DNA from: Candidatus Thorarchaeota archaeon
GTDB lineage: Archaea; Asgardarchaeota; Thorarchaeia; Thorarchaeales; Thorarchaeaceae
NCBI GenBank assembly: GCA_963726195.1
Contig: CAVSBO010000017.1
Location: 29,712-93,711, forward strand
Length of the DNA: 64,000 nt
Reading direction: 5' to 3'
Shown: one piece after another, positions 10,346-20,467 of the stretch
Layout of the letters: every line of letters begins with the position of its first letter
Position numbering within the stretch: position 1 is the stretch's first letter
Notes under the pieces: generated by a model
Seen by the model: only the letters and a program-made list of their open reading frames with translations
Told to the model about the DNA's origin: nothing
Databases searched by the model: none
Program-made: the position numbers and the translations under genes

Positions 10346-10666
10346 CCTCGAATCGACAACAGGCGGGCGGCTTTGTGCACACCACCCGGCTGCAGGCTTA
10401 GCCCACGGATGCTTACATCCGCAGCACGCCCGCCTTCATGTTTGGATACTCTCTGCGGGTATCTATTACCCTTTCGAACAATCAGCATAAAGAGCCATAT
10501 TGCTTGTTGGGAACAGTAGGTTATCTTTAAACCTCCAAAACGGCAAAACGAATCGAAGGACCTCAATGATGACTCTTTTTCCCGTCATAATCCTATGTTG
10601 ACGCCTCCATTACGGGAAAAATGGGTTTTCAAAGACAGATTTGATAATCTGGAACTACCTCATTGC

Positions 10667-10710
10667 GAACAAAAAAAGAGGTGCGACCCGCACGCTGTCT
10701 GCATGCGGGT
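10667..10710 (-). terminator. hairpin plus T7 tract downstream of the ABC permease
   Basis: On the minus strand, a 7-bp stem ACCCGCA/TGCGGGT (10685-10709) is followed by TTTTTTT (complement of the A7 run at 10670-10676). It lies immediately 3-prime of the permease stop at 10721. Confidence 0.4.
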
Positions 10711-10720
10711 ACACATACGA

Positions 10721-12019
10721 TTACTCATATCTGAGCGCATCGACCGGCATGAGTCTTGATGCACGCCAAGCCGGATAGAGACCAAACACGACGCTGACAA
10801 CAATGCCAAACGTGAGAGACATCATGATCAGATAGGGCGTCAACACTGGCTTGATAGCCGAGAATGCCGAAGCAGCTGACGAGCCCCCGAACGTGTTACC
10901 ACCAAAGCTCGAGAACCCTCCACCTCCGGCAAGGCCTATTGAAATGAGGTTGGCAATGAGACTGCCAAGCGCTATGCCGACAGTTGCACCAATAATTCCC
11001 ACAATGAGAGACTCTCCTAGGAAGATTGCCATAACGGTTCGGCCTTTCGCCCCCAGCGCTTTCAAGATTCCTATCTCACGAGTTCTCTCCATCAGAGACA
11101 CTATCATGATGTTCATGATACCTATCCCAGCAACAAGCAGAGATATGCCCGCGATGCCCCCTAACAGAACGCTCACAAGCCCCAGGATGCTTGAGATGGT
11201 GGAAAGCAGTGCGGTGGGCGAAGTCACGCTGACCTCGTTGCTGTAGAGTGTCTCTATTTCCTTCGTGACTGCGTCTATGGTGGATGAGTCACTGCCTGTC
11301 AGCTTGACGATTATCTGGTTAGCCACACTGGTGGTAAAGAAATCACTTGCCGTGTCAATCGGGATGTATACCCCGCTGTCCATAGGACCCATTCCGAATC
11401 CGCCAATCTCTCCGAGTATTCCCACGACTTCCATCGTCCGGTTGAGTTGAACCAACTTCGTCCCGTTTCTGACGTTGTAAGACAGGACAACAGCATCTCC
11501 GACATTTAGCAGAATGGTGCCATTCTTGTAGGGATCATGAAGTGAGTATCCGACGACGACGGAATCGTTGCTCGGCTTGTCTGGTATCTGACCATACTCT
11601 GCAGAGAATGTTGAGTAAATGCTCTTGTATGTCGTAAAGTTGATTCCCGTGACACTAAGCGTAGTCGTCCAGTTACCCTTCACGACACTGCACCCCTTCG
11701 TGATCGTTGCTGCCGATGTCTGTACAGAGGTTAGGTTGTCAATGAGCGTAGTGTCGTTCGTATACAGCGAAAAGTCGCTGGAGGAACCGCCACCAAAGAG
11801 ACCCGCTAGTCCTCCTGACCGAGTAGAGACTAACAGCGTGTCTGTGGCAAAGCCCTTCTCAAACTGAGAGTTAAGTGCCACCTGAAAGCCTTGTGTGAAA
11901 GACATCAACGCCACGATGGCAGCTATGCCAATGACGATTCCCAAAGTAGTCAGTCCGGCCCTGAGTTTTCGAAGCCGTATCGCGCCGAAGGCATATGAGA
12001 ATGTGTCGCGCGTCTTCAC
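10721..12019 (-). CDS. ABC transporter permease, FtsX/MacB-type
   Basis: 432 aa: an N-terminal TM, a large extracytoplasmic domain, and a C-terminal FtsX-like 3-TM bundle (REIGILKALGA motif). The GTG start directly follows the ATPase stop. Confidence 0.85.
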   Translation of the reverse strand: MKTRDTFSYAFGAIRLRKLRAGLTTLGIVIGIAAIVALMSFTQGFQVALNSQFEKGFATDTLLVSTRSGGLAGLFGGGSSSDFSLYTNDTTLIDNLTSVQTSAATITKGCSVVKGNWTTTLSVTGINFTTYKSIYSTFSAEYGQIPDKPSNDSVVVGYSLHDPYKNGTILLNVGDAVVLSYNVRNGTKLVQLNRTMEVVGILGEIGGFGMGPMDSGVYIPIDTASDFFTTSVANQIIVKLTGSDSSTIDAVTKEIETLYSNEVSVTSPTALLSTISSILGLVSVLLGGIAGISLLVAGIGIMNIMIVSLMERTREIGILKALGAKGRTVMAIFLGESLIVGIIGATVGIALGSLIANLISIGLAGGGGFSSFGGNTFGGSSAASAFSAIKPVLTPYLIMMSLTFGIVVSVVFGLYPAWRASRLMPVDALRYE

Positions 12020-12708
12020 TTAGTTCACCTCATCGGAAACGATCGTGCCATCCCTCATTCTCAATATGCGGCGCGTCCGTCCTGCGACTTCAGAGTCATG
12101 TGTCACTGTAATAACCGTCACCTGCTTCTCGTTGTTGAGCTTTGCAACAAGGTCCATCATTTCCTGAGCTGTCTTGCTGTCCAAGTTTCCAGTTGGTTCA
12201 TCCATCAGCAAGAACGAGGGTTCTGTCACGAGTGCTCTCGCAACTGCAACTCTTTGGCGTTCACCGCCGCTAGCTCTGCAGATTTGTGGGTCATTCTGTC
12301 TCCAAGACCAACGCTCTCGAGCGCGTTCTCAGCACGAACCTTCCTTTCTTTCCGGGAGACTCCGGCTATGGCGAGCGGGAGTTCCACGTTGGCTTTTGCA
12401 TTCAACCTTGGGATCAGGTTGAAAAACTGAAACACGAAGCCCACGTTTCTCCGCACTTCTGCGAGCTTGTTATCGGAGAGCTTCGAGACATCAACACCGT
12501 CAACGAAGATTGTGCCGCCTGTCGGGCGATCTAGTGCGCCAATCATGTTGAGCAGTGTTGATTTACCGCTTCCTGACGGACCCAAGACTGAGACAAGCTC
12601 GCCTTCCGTCACCGCGAAGCTTACTCCTCTCAAAGCCTCAACCGGAACTGAGCCCATCATGTAGGTCTTCGTCAGGTTTTCCAATTCTAGTACTGTTTTC
12701 AAAATCAA
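12020..12708 (-). pseudogene. ABC transporter ATP-binding protein (MacB/LolD-like), frame broken before the signature motif
   Basis: ORF 12226-12708 carries Walker A GPSGSGKST and the Q-loop. ORF 12020-12229 carries Walker B FLLMDEPT and the H-loop TVTHD. In a shifted frame the junction reads SGGERQRVAVARALVTEPSF, so one nt appears to be missing near 12271-12276. GGAGGT lies 5 nt upstream of the TTG start. Confidence 0.85.
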
Positions 12709-12740
12709 CGTACCTCCACTTTGGGAACGAGAACGAGATG

Positions 12741-13475
12741 TTACTTGTCATGTCGCTGCGCGAGTCGATCGAGCTTGTCGGCCGTGGACTTCAACAGTTT
12801 CTCAAGCTCAGTCGCTTTGGCTTGGTCGGGATTTCCGCTCAATTCTGCCACTAGCACGAAAAGCGAATCTAGGATACGTCGGCCCGCCTCTGGGAGAAAA
12901 CGCAATTGATCAGGAAGATTGAAGAAAGGCGGGAAACGAAGCACACCAGATTCGAGTCTCTCTCGCATCTGTGAGGCGATTTGAGTCTCTTCATTCAGGA
13001 AGGTCTGGCCCAGATCCGTCAGGCGGTATTTCTTAGTACCACCTGTTGAGGGAAGTTCTTCTGCGAAACCTCGGTCTTCCAAGTCCTTGAGTAGTGGGTA
13101 TAGCGAACCGGGGCTTGGTCGCCAGCGTCCTTTGGTTTCCTGCTCCATGCGAGATGCGATGTCTGACCCCGACAACTCTTGCTCCTTGAGGAGCATCAGC
13201 ACCTGGTACCGCAGATATCCGCGTGGCACACGTGCTGTATGTCTCACCCACTGGGGCACAAGTGGGAGGCCAGCTGACATCATGTCGCGTAGCTTCGGAA
13301 CCTTTTCTTCTGAAAGGTAGAACTTGCCGTCAACTTCAATGAATGGCAAATCAAGGCCCATTGGAGAGTGAAGAAAGAATCTCACGCCTGCGGGCAAACC
13401 CAACTCCTCCGGAGTCAGGGCTTTGTCAGGACCAGTAGACTCCTTTCGCCCTGAAAAGTGAAAGGACCTCGTCAA
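12741..13475 (-). CDS. PadR family transcriptional regulator with N-terminal extension
   Basis: YLRYQVLMLLKEQELSGSDIASRM...SPGSLYPLLKDLEDRGF...KKYRLTDLG is the PadR winged-helix signature. It lies directly upstream of the ABC genes on the same strand. Confidence 0.75.
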   Translation of the reverse strand: MTRSFHFSGRKESTGPDKALTPEELGLPAGVRFFLHSPMGLDLPFIEVDGKFYLSEEKVPKLRDMMSAGLPLVPQWVRHTARVPRGYLRYQVLMLLKEQELSGSDIASRMEQETKGRWRPSPGSLYPLLKDLEDRGFAEELPSTGGTKKYRLTDLGQTFLNEETQIASQMRERLESGVLRFPPFFNLPDQLRFLPEAGRRILDSLFVLVAELSGNPDQAKATELEKLLKSTADKLDRLAQRHDK

Positions 13476-13526
13476 GTCTTTGTTCCATGAATGGCAGCAT
13501 CTCGTTCTGGTTCCTTGTTTGTTGTG

Positions 13527-13577
13527 GATATCGTTTGTGATATCGTTAGCGATATCGTTTGTGATATCTATATAAGC
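13527..13577 (-). promoter_or_regulatory. TATA box plus four GATATC palindromes phased at 12 bp (putative operator array)
   Basis: GATATC occurs at 13527, 13539, 13551 and 13563, within 3.5 copies of GATATCGTT(T/A)G(T/C). These are immediately followed by TATATAA (13569-13575). The array is about 50-100 nt upstream of the padR start. Confidence 0.5.
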
Positions 13578-13723
13578 TTAAGGAATGATGCATGTCGCAA
13601 TCCGGGGGTGTAGGGCAGGCCAATAGCCACAGACAGGGAGAGATTCTGGTCTCAGGTGACTGAATCCCTCACATCGTACAGAAAGACTAAGAGACGGCGA
13701 TACCGGCGGCTCTGTGAAGACAA

Positions 13724-14392
13724 TTGAAGGCACCCATGGACACAATAAAGCAGGCCGAGACAATCATCGAAACCGCTGTGTGGGACGATCTCGCCGAACA
13801 GGATACACGAAAGGCGTTGAAGGCCCATCAGAAAGCAAAGACGATGCTCGAGTCCTTGAAGAACTTGGAACCTCAGCAAGAGAAGCAGAGGAAACGGGTC
13901 CTTTCATTTTGCCTATTGCGAATTGACGATGCTCTCGTTGCGCTCGGAGATGACAAAGGCTCTGTCGAAAGAGCTAGAGAGTTTCTCAGACTTGCAAGGG
14001 AGTCAGAAGACACTGTCCAGATTGCGAGGTCACAACTCGCGCTCGGGGGTCGTCTCCTTAATGCCCAAGACATCGCAGGGGCGGAGGAGCAATTTGCACA
14101 GATACTTACGACTTGGCTCGATAGCGACAGTAGCGATTTGCAGCAAGTTGTCGGATGGACCCTCCTTGTGAGAGGGCACATACTCAATGCGAAAAGTCTT
14201 TACACGCAGGCCATCACAGTGCTCCAGAACGCTGGTACAGTCCTCACCAGTATCGGAAACTATGCGGGACTGGCGAGAGTATACGATCTGATGTCTGAGG
14301 TCTACCTGAATCTCGACGATCGCGACATGTCGGATGAATGCCGTATCAAGAGCAGCGAGTATCTCGAGAAGGCGAAAGTTGAGAAGCGATGA
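13724..14392 (+). CDS. TPR-like helical repeat protein (hypothetical)
   Basis: 222-aa all-helical ORF with degenerate TPR-like spacing (LYTQAITVLQNAGTVLTSIGNYAGLARVYDLMSEVYLNL). Confidence 0.5.
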   Translation: MKAPMDTIKQAETIIETAVWDDLAEQDTRKALKAHQKAKTMLESLKNLEPQQEKQRKRVLSFCLLRIDDALVALGDDKGSVERAREFLRLARESEDTVQIARSQLALGGRLLNAQDIAGAEEQFAQILTTWLDSDSSDLQQVVGWTLLVRGHILNAKSLYTQAITVLQNAGTVLTSIGNYAGLARVYDLMSEVYLNLDDRDMSDECRIKSSEYLEKAKVEKR

Positions 14393-14460
14393 CCCTCAAA
14401 GGATTGTGGAGAGAGATTCCTAGGAAGCCATCTGGCAGAGCGGGTGTCCAAAACAGACCT

Positions 14461-16047
14461 CTAGTACCCTGATGCTTGTCCGTCCTTCCTGTGGTCCGAG
14501 CCGCCAACCCACACATCACCGAATCTAAGTATGGCTTGGCCTCCCCCGAATTCTGATGCTGAAGCCTGAACTATATCGTGTCCTCTTTTCTTCAAATCCT
14601 TCAAGGCAGCAGCAGTAATTCCAGCTTCAAACCCGACAGTGTTGGAGTGTTGATTGTGATGAAACCTGGGATGGTCAATTGCTTGTTGGGAAGACATGTG
14701 GCAGTCGACAATGTTGCTGACAAATTGGGCATGAGCTTCGGCCTGATGATCGCCGCCCATGATTCCGAAGACTCCTAGCAGACCATCATCGTCGTAAATG
14801 GCTCCAGGACATAGAGTGTGAAATGGCAGCTTGCCTGGCCAGTAGCAGTTCGGGTGAGATTGGTCCATAGAGAACAGGGCACCTCTGTTCTGAAGTTTGA
14901 TTCCCCAACCTGGCACGACGAGACCACTTCCGAATGACATGTAGAGGCTGTTTATCAAGGACACTGCCCGACCCTCTCCATCAGCAGTCGCGAGATAGAC
15001 CGTATCTGACACTTTGTTGATGCCCGACTCTGGAATATCCATGGCTTTCTTCAAGTCAATAATCCCAGCCCGTTTCCTTGCATAATCAACTGACAGGAGC
15101 TTGTCTATTGGAACTCGATAGAAATCCGGGTCAGCATTGTGCAGCTCCAAGTCCGCATAGGCAAGCTTCTTGGCCTCAATCATTATGTGATAGCGCTCGG
15201 CATCGAGCGGCGTGAACTCAGACATTTCGAATCCCGCCATGATGTTGAGCATGAGCTGTGCTGCAAATCCTTGGCTATTGGGAGGGTGTTCAAAGACCCG
15301 GACCCCACGGTACGAGCTCCTGACCGGCGTAGTTTCTCTTGTTGCGTGTCTCTTCATGTCATCCACCGAGACGAACCCGCCATTCGACTGTATTGTCTCA
15401 GCAATTGCCTCGGCAATCTCTCCCGCATAGAACGATTCGATTCCCTCTCTTCCCACGGTCTCGAAAGTCTTCGCGAGATCGGTATTACGCATGACCTGCC
15501 CGGTCTCCGGTCCTGCTCCGTTGACTGCGAAAGTGGCCAGTGCTTCCTTGTTCCTCAAGTAGAAGACCGCATCCTTCCAGACGGCGGAGATCCCTAGGGA
15601 GACAGGAAAACCCTCGCGTGCGTATTGAATTGCAGGTGCCAGCACATCCTTGAATTCAAGCTGGCCATGTTGTCTGATGAGTGTGTACCAAAGATGCATG
15701 GCACCCGGTACTGTGACAGGTGCTCCTCCTCTGGTTGGCATACTGGTCCAGCCCCGGCTAATCAGTTGATTCAGGCTAACAAGAGACCCGGCTCTGCCCG
15801 AACCATTGAAACCGAGAGGAGCATCGCGGCCAGGCAGGTGAAGCAGTACAAATGCATCACCGCCACATCCTGTGCTGAACGGTTCTACAACATCGAGTAC
15901 TGCTGCGGTCGCAACTGCAGCATCAATAGCATTACCACCGTTTCTCAATATGCTAATCCCGGCCTGAGTGGCAAGGGGTTGAGATGAAGCGACCATTGCT
16001 TTCCGTGCCAGAACATCAGACCGACCAGATACCCGAGGCTTTGACAT
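14461..16047 (-). CDS. ggt: gamma-glutamyltranspeptidase
   Basis: 528 aa, colinear with the GGT family: N-terminal MVASSQPLA..AG..IL..GGNA.DAAVA, a putative autoprocessing Thr in SDTVYLATAD, and a C-terminal GGSDHRKDG. Confidence 0.85.
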   Translation of the reverse strand: MSKPRVSGRSDVLARKAMVASSQPLATQAGISILRNGGNAIDAAVATAAVLDVVEPFSTGCGGDAFVLLHLPGRDAPLGFNGSGRAGSLVSLNQLISRGWTSMPTRGGAPVTVPGAMHLWYTLIRQHGQLEFKDVLAPAIQYAREGFPVSLGISAVWKDAVFYLRNKEALATFAVNGAGPETGQVMRNTDLAKTFETVGREGIESFYAGEIAEAIAETIQSNGGFVSVDDMKRHATRETTPVRSSYRGVRVFEHPPNSQGFAAQLMLNIMAGFEMSEFTPLDAERYHIMIEAKKLAYADLELHNADPDFYRVPIDKLLSVDYARKRAGIIDLKKAMDIPESGINKVSDTVYLATADGEGRAVSLINSLYMSFGSGLVVPGWGIKLQNRGALFSMDQSHPNCYWPGKLPFHTLCPGAIYDDDGLLGVFGIMGGDHQAEAHAQFVSNIVDCHMSSQQAIDHPRFHHNQHSNTVGFEAGITAAALKDLKKRGHDIVQASASEFGGGQAILRFGDVWVGGSDHRKDGQASGY

Positions 16048-16236
16048 TGGTAATCACGAGCACTCTTTCACCGCTTCCGAACTGCTGTGGACTGACAGCT
16101 GCGGTTCTCATAAGGTTCGTGCCATGGAATTCGACCCACTCTACTCAAAATCGACGCTCGTCCGCAGGCGAACCTATGTCATCTCTCGTGACCAAAGCTT
16201 TAATGAGAGGCTTGAATGAGCGACTCGTGAGGTCAC

Positions 16237-16728
16237 ATGGCGAAGCGGACTGGCGGCAGACCACAGGACCTGCGGGAAGGAATAGTGATACAGACATCTG
16301 TTGAGCTCCTACGGAAAGGTGCACGCAGGGCACTCTTCGAGTTCACAGAGTCGCTAATCAAGCGCACTGGGGAAAAGAGACCTGTTGCCGACGACATAGA
16401 GGTCGGTGATGCCATCGTTTTCAGAGAAGACGTCGACCTGTTGCCAGGCGAACTGGTCGCCGTGAAGGTTGCCGGAGCAAAGGGTGCGAATCCTACTTGG
16501 TACGTAATGAGCACTGTTGAGGTTCCGCCATCTGGTTTTCCCACCGCAAAGGATGCGAGCAAGGCCGCTGACTCCGAGGCAAAGAAGCTGAGAATCCTAA
16601 CAGAGTTCCTGACAAGAGACTTAGGCGTCAAAGTCAGTGAAGTCCAGAAGTGGGAACCCGACAAGCTGCTCGATGCTGCTCAGGTCTTGGCCATTATGGC
16701 TGAGGCGTCGAGACGATATGGCCATTGA
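16237..16728 (+). CDS. hypothetical protein
   Basis: 163-aa ORF divergent from ggt. No recognisable motif. Confidence 0.45.
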   Translation: MAKRTGGRPQDLREGIVIQTSVELLRKGARRALFEFTESLIKRTGEKRPVADDIEVGDAIVFREDVDLLPGELVAVKVAGAKGANPTWYVMSTVEVPPSGFPTAKDASKAADSEAKKLRILTEFLTRDLGVKVSEVQKWEPDKLLDAAQVLAIMAEASRRYGH

Positions 16729-16733
16729 GGTTC

Positions 16734-17918
16734 CTACGCAGAAGTCCATCTATTGAAAGCTTTCATCGCCCGGTCGACGCGTCTCACGTGAGCATAGCCC
16801 GTGAGCATTCCGGTCTTTACCACATCCCGATCATAGGGCGGCATTACCCCTTTGGCCGCTAAGAGCAGTAGTTTCCGAAGCTCACTGAGCTCTGCTCCTG
16901 ACCTCTGTTGCAGCCCATGCTCTACCTGAGACAATCCCCTGAGACCATCCTCGACCAGCCAGAGTATGGCATGAGCTCCGAATACAAGCGATTCGCGGCC
17001 CCGCATTCTATCATCGTTAGCCAAATTCACAAGCATTGATCTCGCGTTCTTCATGTCCGGCCGACTGCCCTGCTTCGCGGGCGTATTCTTGAGGACCCTG
17101 TCAACCTCAGACTTCAACAAATCAAACACGCCGTCCAACTTATGGACAACCTCGTCAATTTGCTGTCCTCCGTAGGATTGGATTGTATTTCGCCCAAGCG
17201 CAACCGATAGCTGCTCTGTATTCAGAGTCAAACTGCTTCCCGCTTTGAAGACCGTGTGTTCATGTTTCACGTCTTTCGAACCATCAGCTAGTATCGATAA
17301 GAGGTCCATGCCGCAGCAATTGCATATGACGGAAGGCATGATTGCGCTCTCAATCATCGCGAACAGACGCTTGACATGACCCAAGTCATTCATACGTCTC
17401 ATGTTGATTCTGCCGTCTTGCAATAGCGTAATGCTCGTTTCACCAGTGTCTGCGCGCGCATAGCCCAAGTCCCTGCTACATTTCAGGATTTCAAACTTGG
17501 AAGAAAGGCATTCGAGCATATCACAGAGAATCACTGGGTCGAAGAGCGTGAACCGCACGAGTTCTCCTTCCTTCACACCATTGTAGACTCGGAGTTCAGC
17601 CATCACTCGGTCAACCCGGTCCTTACATGGTGAAGTCAGGAGCACTCCGCCCTTGGGCATCTCGGGCGCGGGCTTCGAGAATCCCTGAGCACCGCGGCTG
17701 GCAAGCAACTCAAACTCAGTCTTCTGGCTAGAGTATTCAGGGAGAGAAAGAAGTGGACATAGATCGCGGGCGCAGTCACCCACTACGGCAGCCCGTGCAA
17801 AGCATGCGCATCTGACATAGCCACAGAGACCGCAATCTATCTTGGGGGTCTTGTCCCATGCACGTGTCCAAACACTGCTCATTGAATAGAGCCTCGGTAC
17901 TGACAGGAATGGGGACAA
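16734..17918 (-). CDS. protein with N-terminal RnfB/CdhE-type Fe-S cluster domain (function unknown)
   Basis: CGLCGYVRCACFARAAVVGDCARDLCP matches the CGxCGxxxCxxFAxxxxxGxxxxxxCP pattern of the putative Fe-S domain found at RnfB and corrinoid Fe-S protein N-termini. I do not recognise the remaining ~330 aa. Confidence 0.55.
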   Translation of the reverse strand: MSPFLSVPRLYSMSSVWTRAWDKTPKIDCGLCGYVRCACFARAAVVGDCARDLCPLLSLPEYSSQKTEFELLASRGAQGFSKPAPEMPKGGVLLTSPCKDRVDRVMAELRVYNGVKEGELVRFTLFDPVILCDMLECLSSKFEILKCSRDLGYARADTGETSITLLQDGRINMRRMNDLGHVKRLFAMIESAIMPSVICNCCGMDLLSILADGSKDVKHEHTVFKAGSSLTLNTEQLSVALGRNTIQSYGGQQIDEVVHKLDGVFDLLKSEVDRVLKNTPAKQGSRPDMKNARSMLVNLANDDRMRGRESLVFGAHAILWLVEDGLRGLSQVEHGLQQRSGAELSELRKLLLLAAKGVMPPYDRDVVKTGMLTGYAHVRRVDRAMKAFNRWTSA

Positions 17919-17988
17919 GCAGTTTAAAGCTGCTCCCCTCGCCGTCCTGCGTCACGCTTATTAGCTCGCTCTTATCGAGCGCATTGGA

Positions 17989-18573
17989 GTGTCATGGCAT
18001 GGAGCGAATCCGAAGAGCGCTCTGAAGTGGAATCAACGTTCGGATCTTGTCAAGACCGGTTTCTTGATGATTCTCGTGGTTGGCGCCACGTTTGGGGGAT
18101 ATGGGTTGTTCATGCTTGCCATGGGAACGACGAGCCCACTTGTCGTGGTCACCAGCGAGTCAATGGAACCCACTTTGTATAGAGGTGACCTTGCGGTCAT
18201 ACAAGCAAGAGCTCCAGACCAAATTCACCTAGGTGACATTGTCGTATATCAGGACACTACATACATGCCCGGCACAGCGATTATCCACCGAGTGGTATCC
18301 ATAGACGTCATCAACGGCACCTATTACTATGCAACCAAGGGTGACCACAACCCATCCGCAGATCCGGGTACTCGTACCTACAGCGAAATCGTGGGTGTCG
18401 TGATATTCGTCGTACCACAGCTCGGAAACGTGAGCTTGTTTCTGAGAACACCACTGGGTTTGCTTCTCATTGTCGCGGTATTCCTAGCTATTCTCTTCGT
18501 GCCCGAAGCTGCCTGCAAGAAGAAAGAAGACACAGTAGCCGAATCACAACCAACGAAACCTGGACAAAGCTAA
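17989..18573 (+). CDS. signal peptidase I, archaeal/Sec11 type
   Basis: N-terminal TM, catalytic Ser box SESMEPTLYRGD, GDHN box, and a C-terminal TM. Confidence 0.8.
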   Translation: MSWHGANPKSALKWNQRSDLVKTGFLMILVVGATFGGYGLFMLAMGTTSPLVVVTSESMEPTLYRGDLAVIQARAPDQIHLGDIVVYQDTTYMPGTAIIHRVVSIDVINGTYYYATKGDHNPSADPGTRTYSEIVGVVIFVVPQLGNVSLFLRTPLGLLLIVAVFLAILFVPEAACKKKEDTVAESQPTKPGQS

Positions 18574-18623
18574 CGTCCTACAAAAGAACGGAATCCTATA
18601 GCAACCACATTTCGTTTGCCCTA

Positions 18624-20265
18624 TCATCCGAATATCTGAGAGAGGTATTTCTCAAAGAGGTCGTGTTGTTCTGTGTCGAGCTTGCGGGCATTGGTATTTT
18701 CCACTAGCTCGGTTGCTGACTGAGCATCGAGTCTCAGAGTCAATAGTCTGCTTCCCATCTCTGCAATGGCGGGCTCGAACTTCGCTCCTTTGGTCTCCGT
18801 GTGGGATTGAAATAAGTGCAACATCGGCCTCTCCTGCATCGAGCACGTCCTTCAAGCGTTTGACGGAGTAGAAAGCTGCAACACCTCCACTCCTGTCCCA
18901 GTCTTTCACATTCGGAATATCGATGCATAGGCGTTGCTCCCGGTCAGCCTTCCGCAGGGCGATGACAACAGTCGCCTGCTTCTCCGAGCCAGCCTTCATC
19001 ACATGCAGCCTTACGCTCACTCCGGAGCCCTTGCCAGCAATTGTCAGAGCTTCAACCACAGCTCCCACTACAACAGCGGAAGTAAGCTTCACAATGCGGT
19101 CCGCCTGCGGCTCAATTTCGGTCTCCTTGGAAGAAAGGGTTGTCTCAAGAATCGACATTAGATTCCTTATTGCCTCGCGAGGAATACCGCGTGAAGAAAC
19201 AAAGGCCTCATCCACATCCGACTGAGAGAACGGAAAAAGCGGATCGGGTGGAGCATCCACGTTCTGGGCCCTCCAGTATTCGCTCATTGTCGCCGCTATG
19301 TAGAGAGTGAAGTCTTCCTTGCTGAAGTGCCTCAGTTGAACCGGGCATTCCATTCTTGACCTCATTGGAGGGTCTGCAAGATTGTACACCCGTTCCCAGA
19401 TGTCGCTTAGGCACGAGGCAACGATGACCACGTTCTTGAACTCGTTATAGATGCGTTTCAGTACCTCCAAAAAATGCCGCTCGCCTTGCTCCCCGTGTGT
19501 GTTGTAGGGAGCCTCCATTTCGTCGACAAACAGTACTATGGGCCGCTCGGAGCCTTCGGCCAGAAGCTTGAGTGTGGCGAGCGTCACGTCGTCATCTTCG
19601 AGAACCGTCCTCACTCCAAGCCTCGCGATTTCTTCCTCGCTCAGTGCATCACCAAATAGCCAACGACGAGCCAGGCCACGGTTTTGAGCATCGAGACGAT
19701 ATCGAAGCAGAGCCGTCACGACATCGGAGGATATGCCAGGGTATTCGCCTGAGAGCCGGTCCAATGCGTAGTTGATGTCGTACAATTCATGGGTAACGCC
19801 CTTTACTCCTCCAAACTTCGCAACCAGCATGTCCACTGCTTCATCAAATAGTGACTCCCCAGCCTCATCAACGATGCAAGCATGAAGGTGAAGCGGCACT
19901 CGGACAGGTGCAGGAGGTGAGGGAACATACACTGCGAGGTACTTGCTGTTCGCGAAGTAGGTCTCTTCGCGGTCCTTGATGACCCAGAACAGGTGAGTCT
20001 TTCCCATGCCCGCCCCGGCAAGAACGGGCTGGAACCGAGGCATCTTGTCACTGATGGTGAATCGTATCGCCCGCATGATTGCTCTGTCCGCGGCTTCGTG
20101 TGGCGCCGGGATGTCCACGGAATCTCGCGTATCGCCTCGACAGACGTATCGCTTCATGGGCGGGTCTTCTCTCAAGATGTCAAGATAATTGTCCGTCTCG
20201 AGTGGTCCTTCCAACTTGACCGAGTTTTCCTCTAGCAATGGGTGTAATCCTCCAGCACTCTGCAA
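18624..20265 (-). CDS. P-loop ATPase (archaeal ATPase/AAA-like); 3-prime end apparently frame-shifted
   Basis: Walker A AGAGMGKTHL and Walker B VLFVDEMEAP. The last ~45 codons of the 537-aa frame are R/S/C-rich junk. The overlapping frame (18624-18839) reads as good helical protein (...FQSHTETKGAKFEPAIAEMGSRLL...EKYLSQIFG). Confidence 0.6.
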
Positions 20266-20467
20266 TAATACGGAGAACCATTCGGATTATGAAATTAGTA
20301 TAACCCACGGGATACGCTGCAGGCCAACTAGTGAGAGGCCCAATCGCGAAATTGGCCCCAATTGTGGGGATCAGGTTCTGACTGCTCAAGCAAGAGCATC
20401 ACCCATACCAGCATGATTATGTAATGAGTTGCCACGTGAGTAGAACAGTCTCTTATGGTGGCCACAA

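Noticed and set aside
13527-13568. The 12-bp tandem GATATC repeats considered as a mini-CRISPR or satellite
   Set aside because: The units are far too short and have no spacers. Their position between a TATA box and padR fits an operator better. No CRISPR array is visible anywhere in the window.
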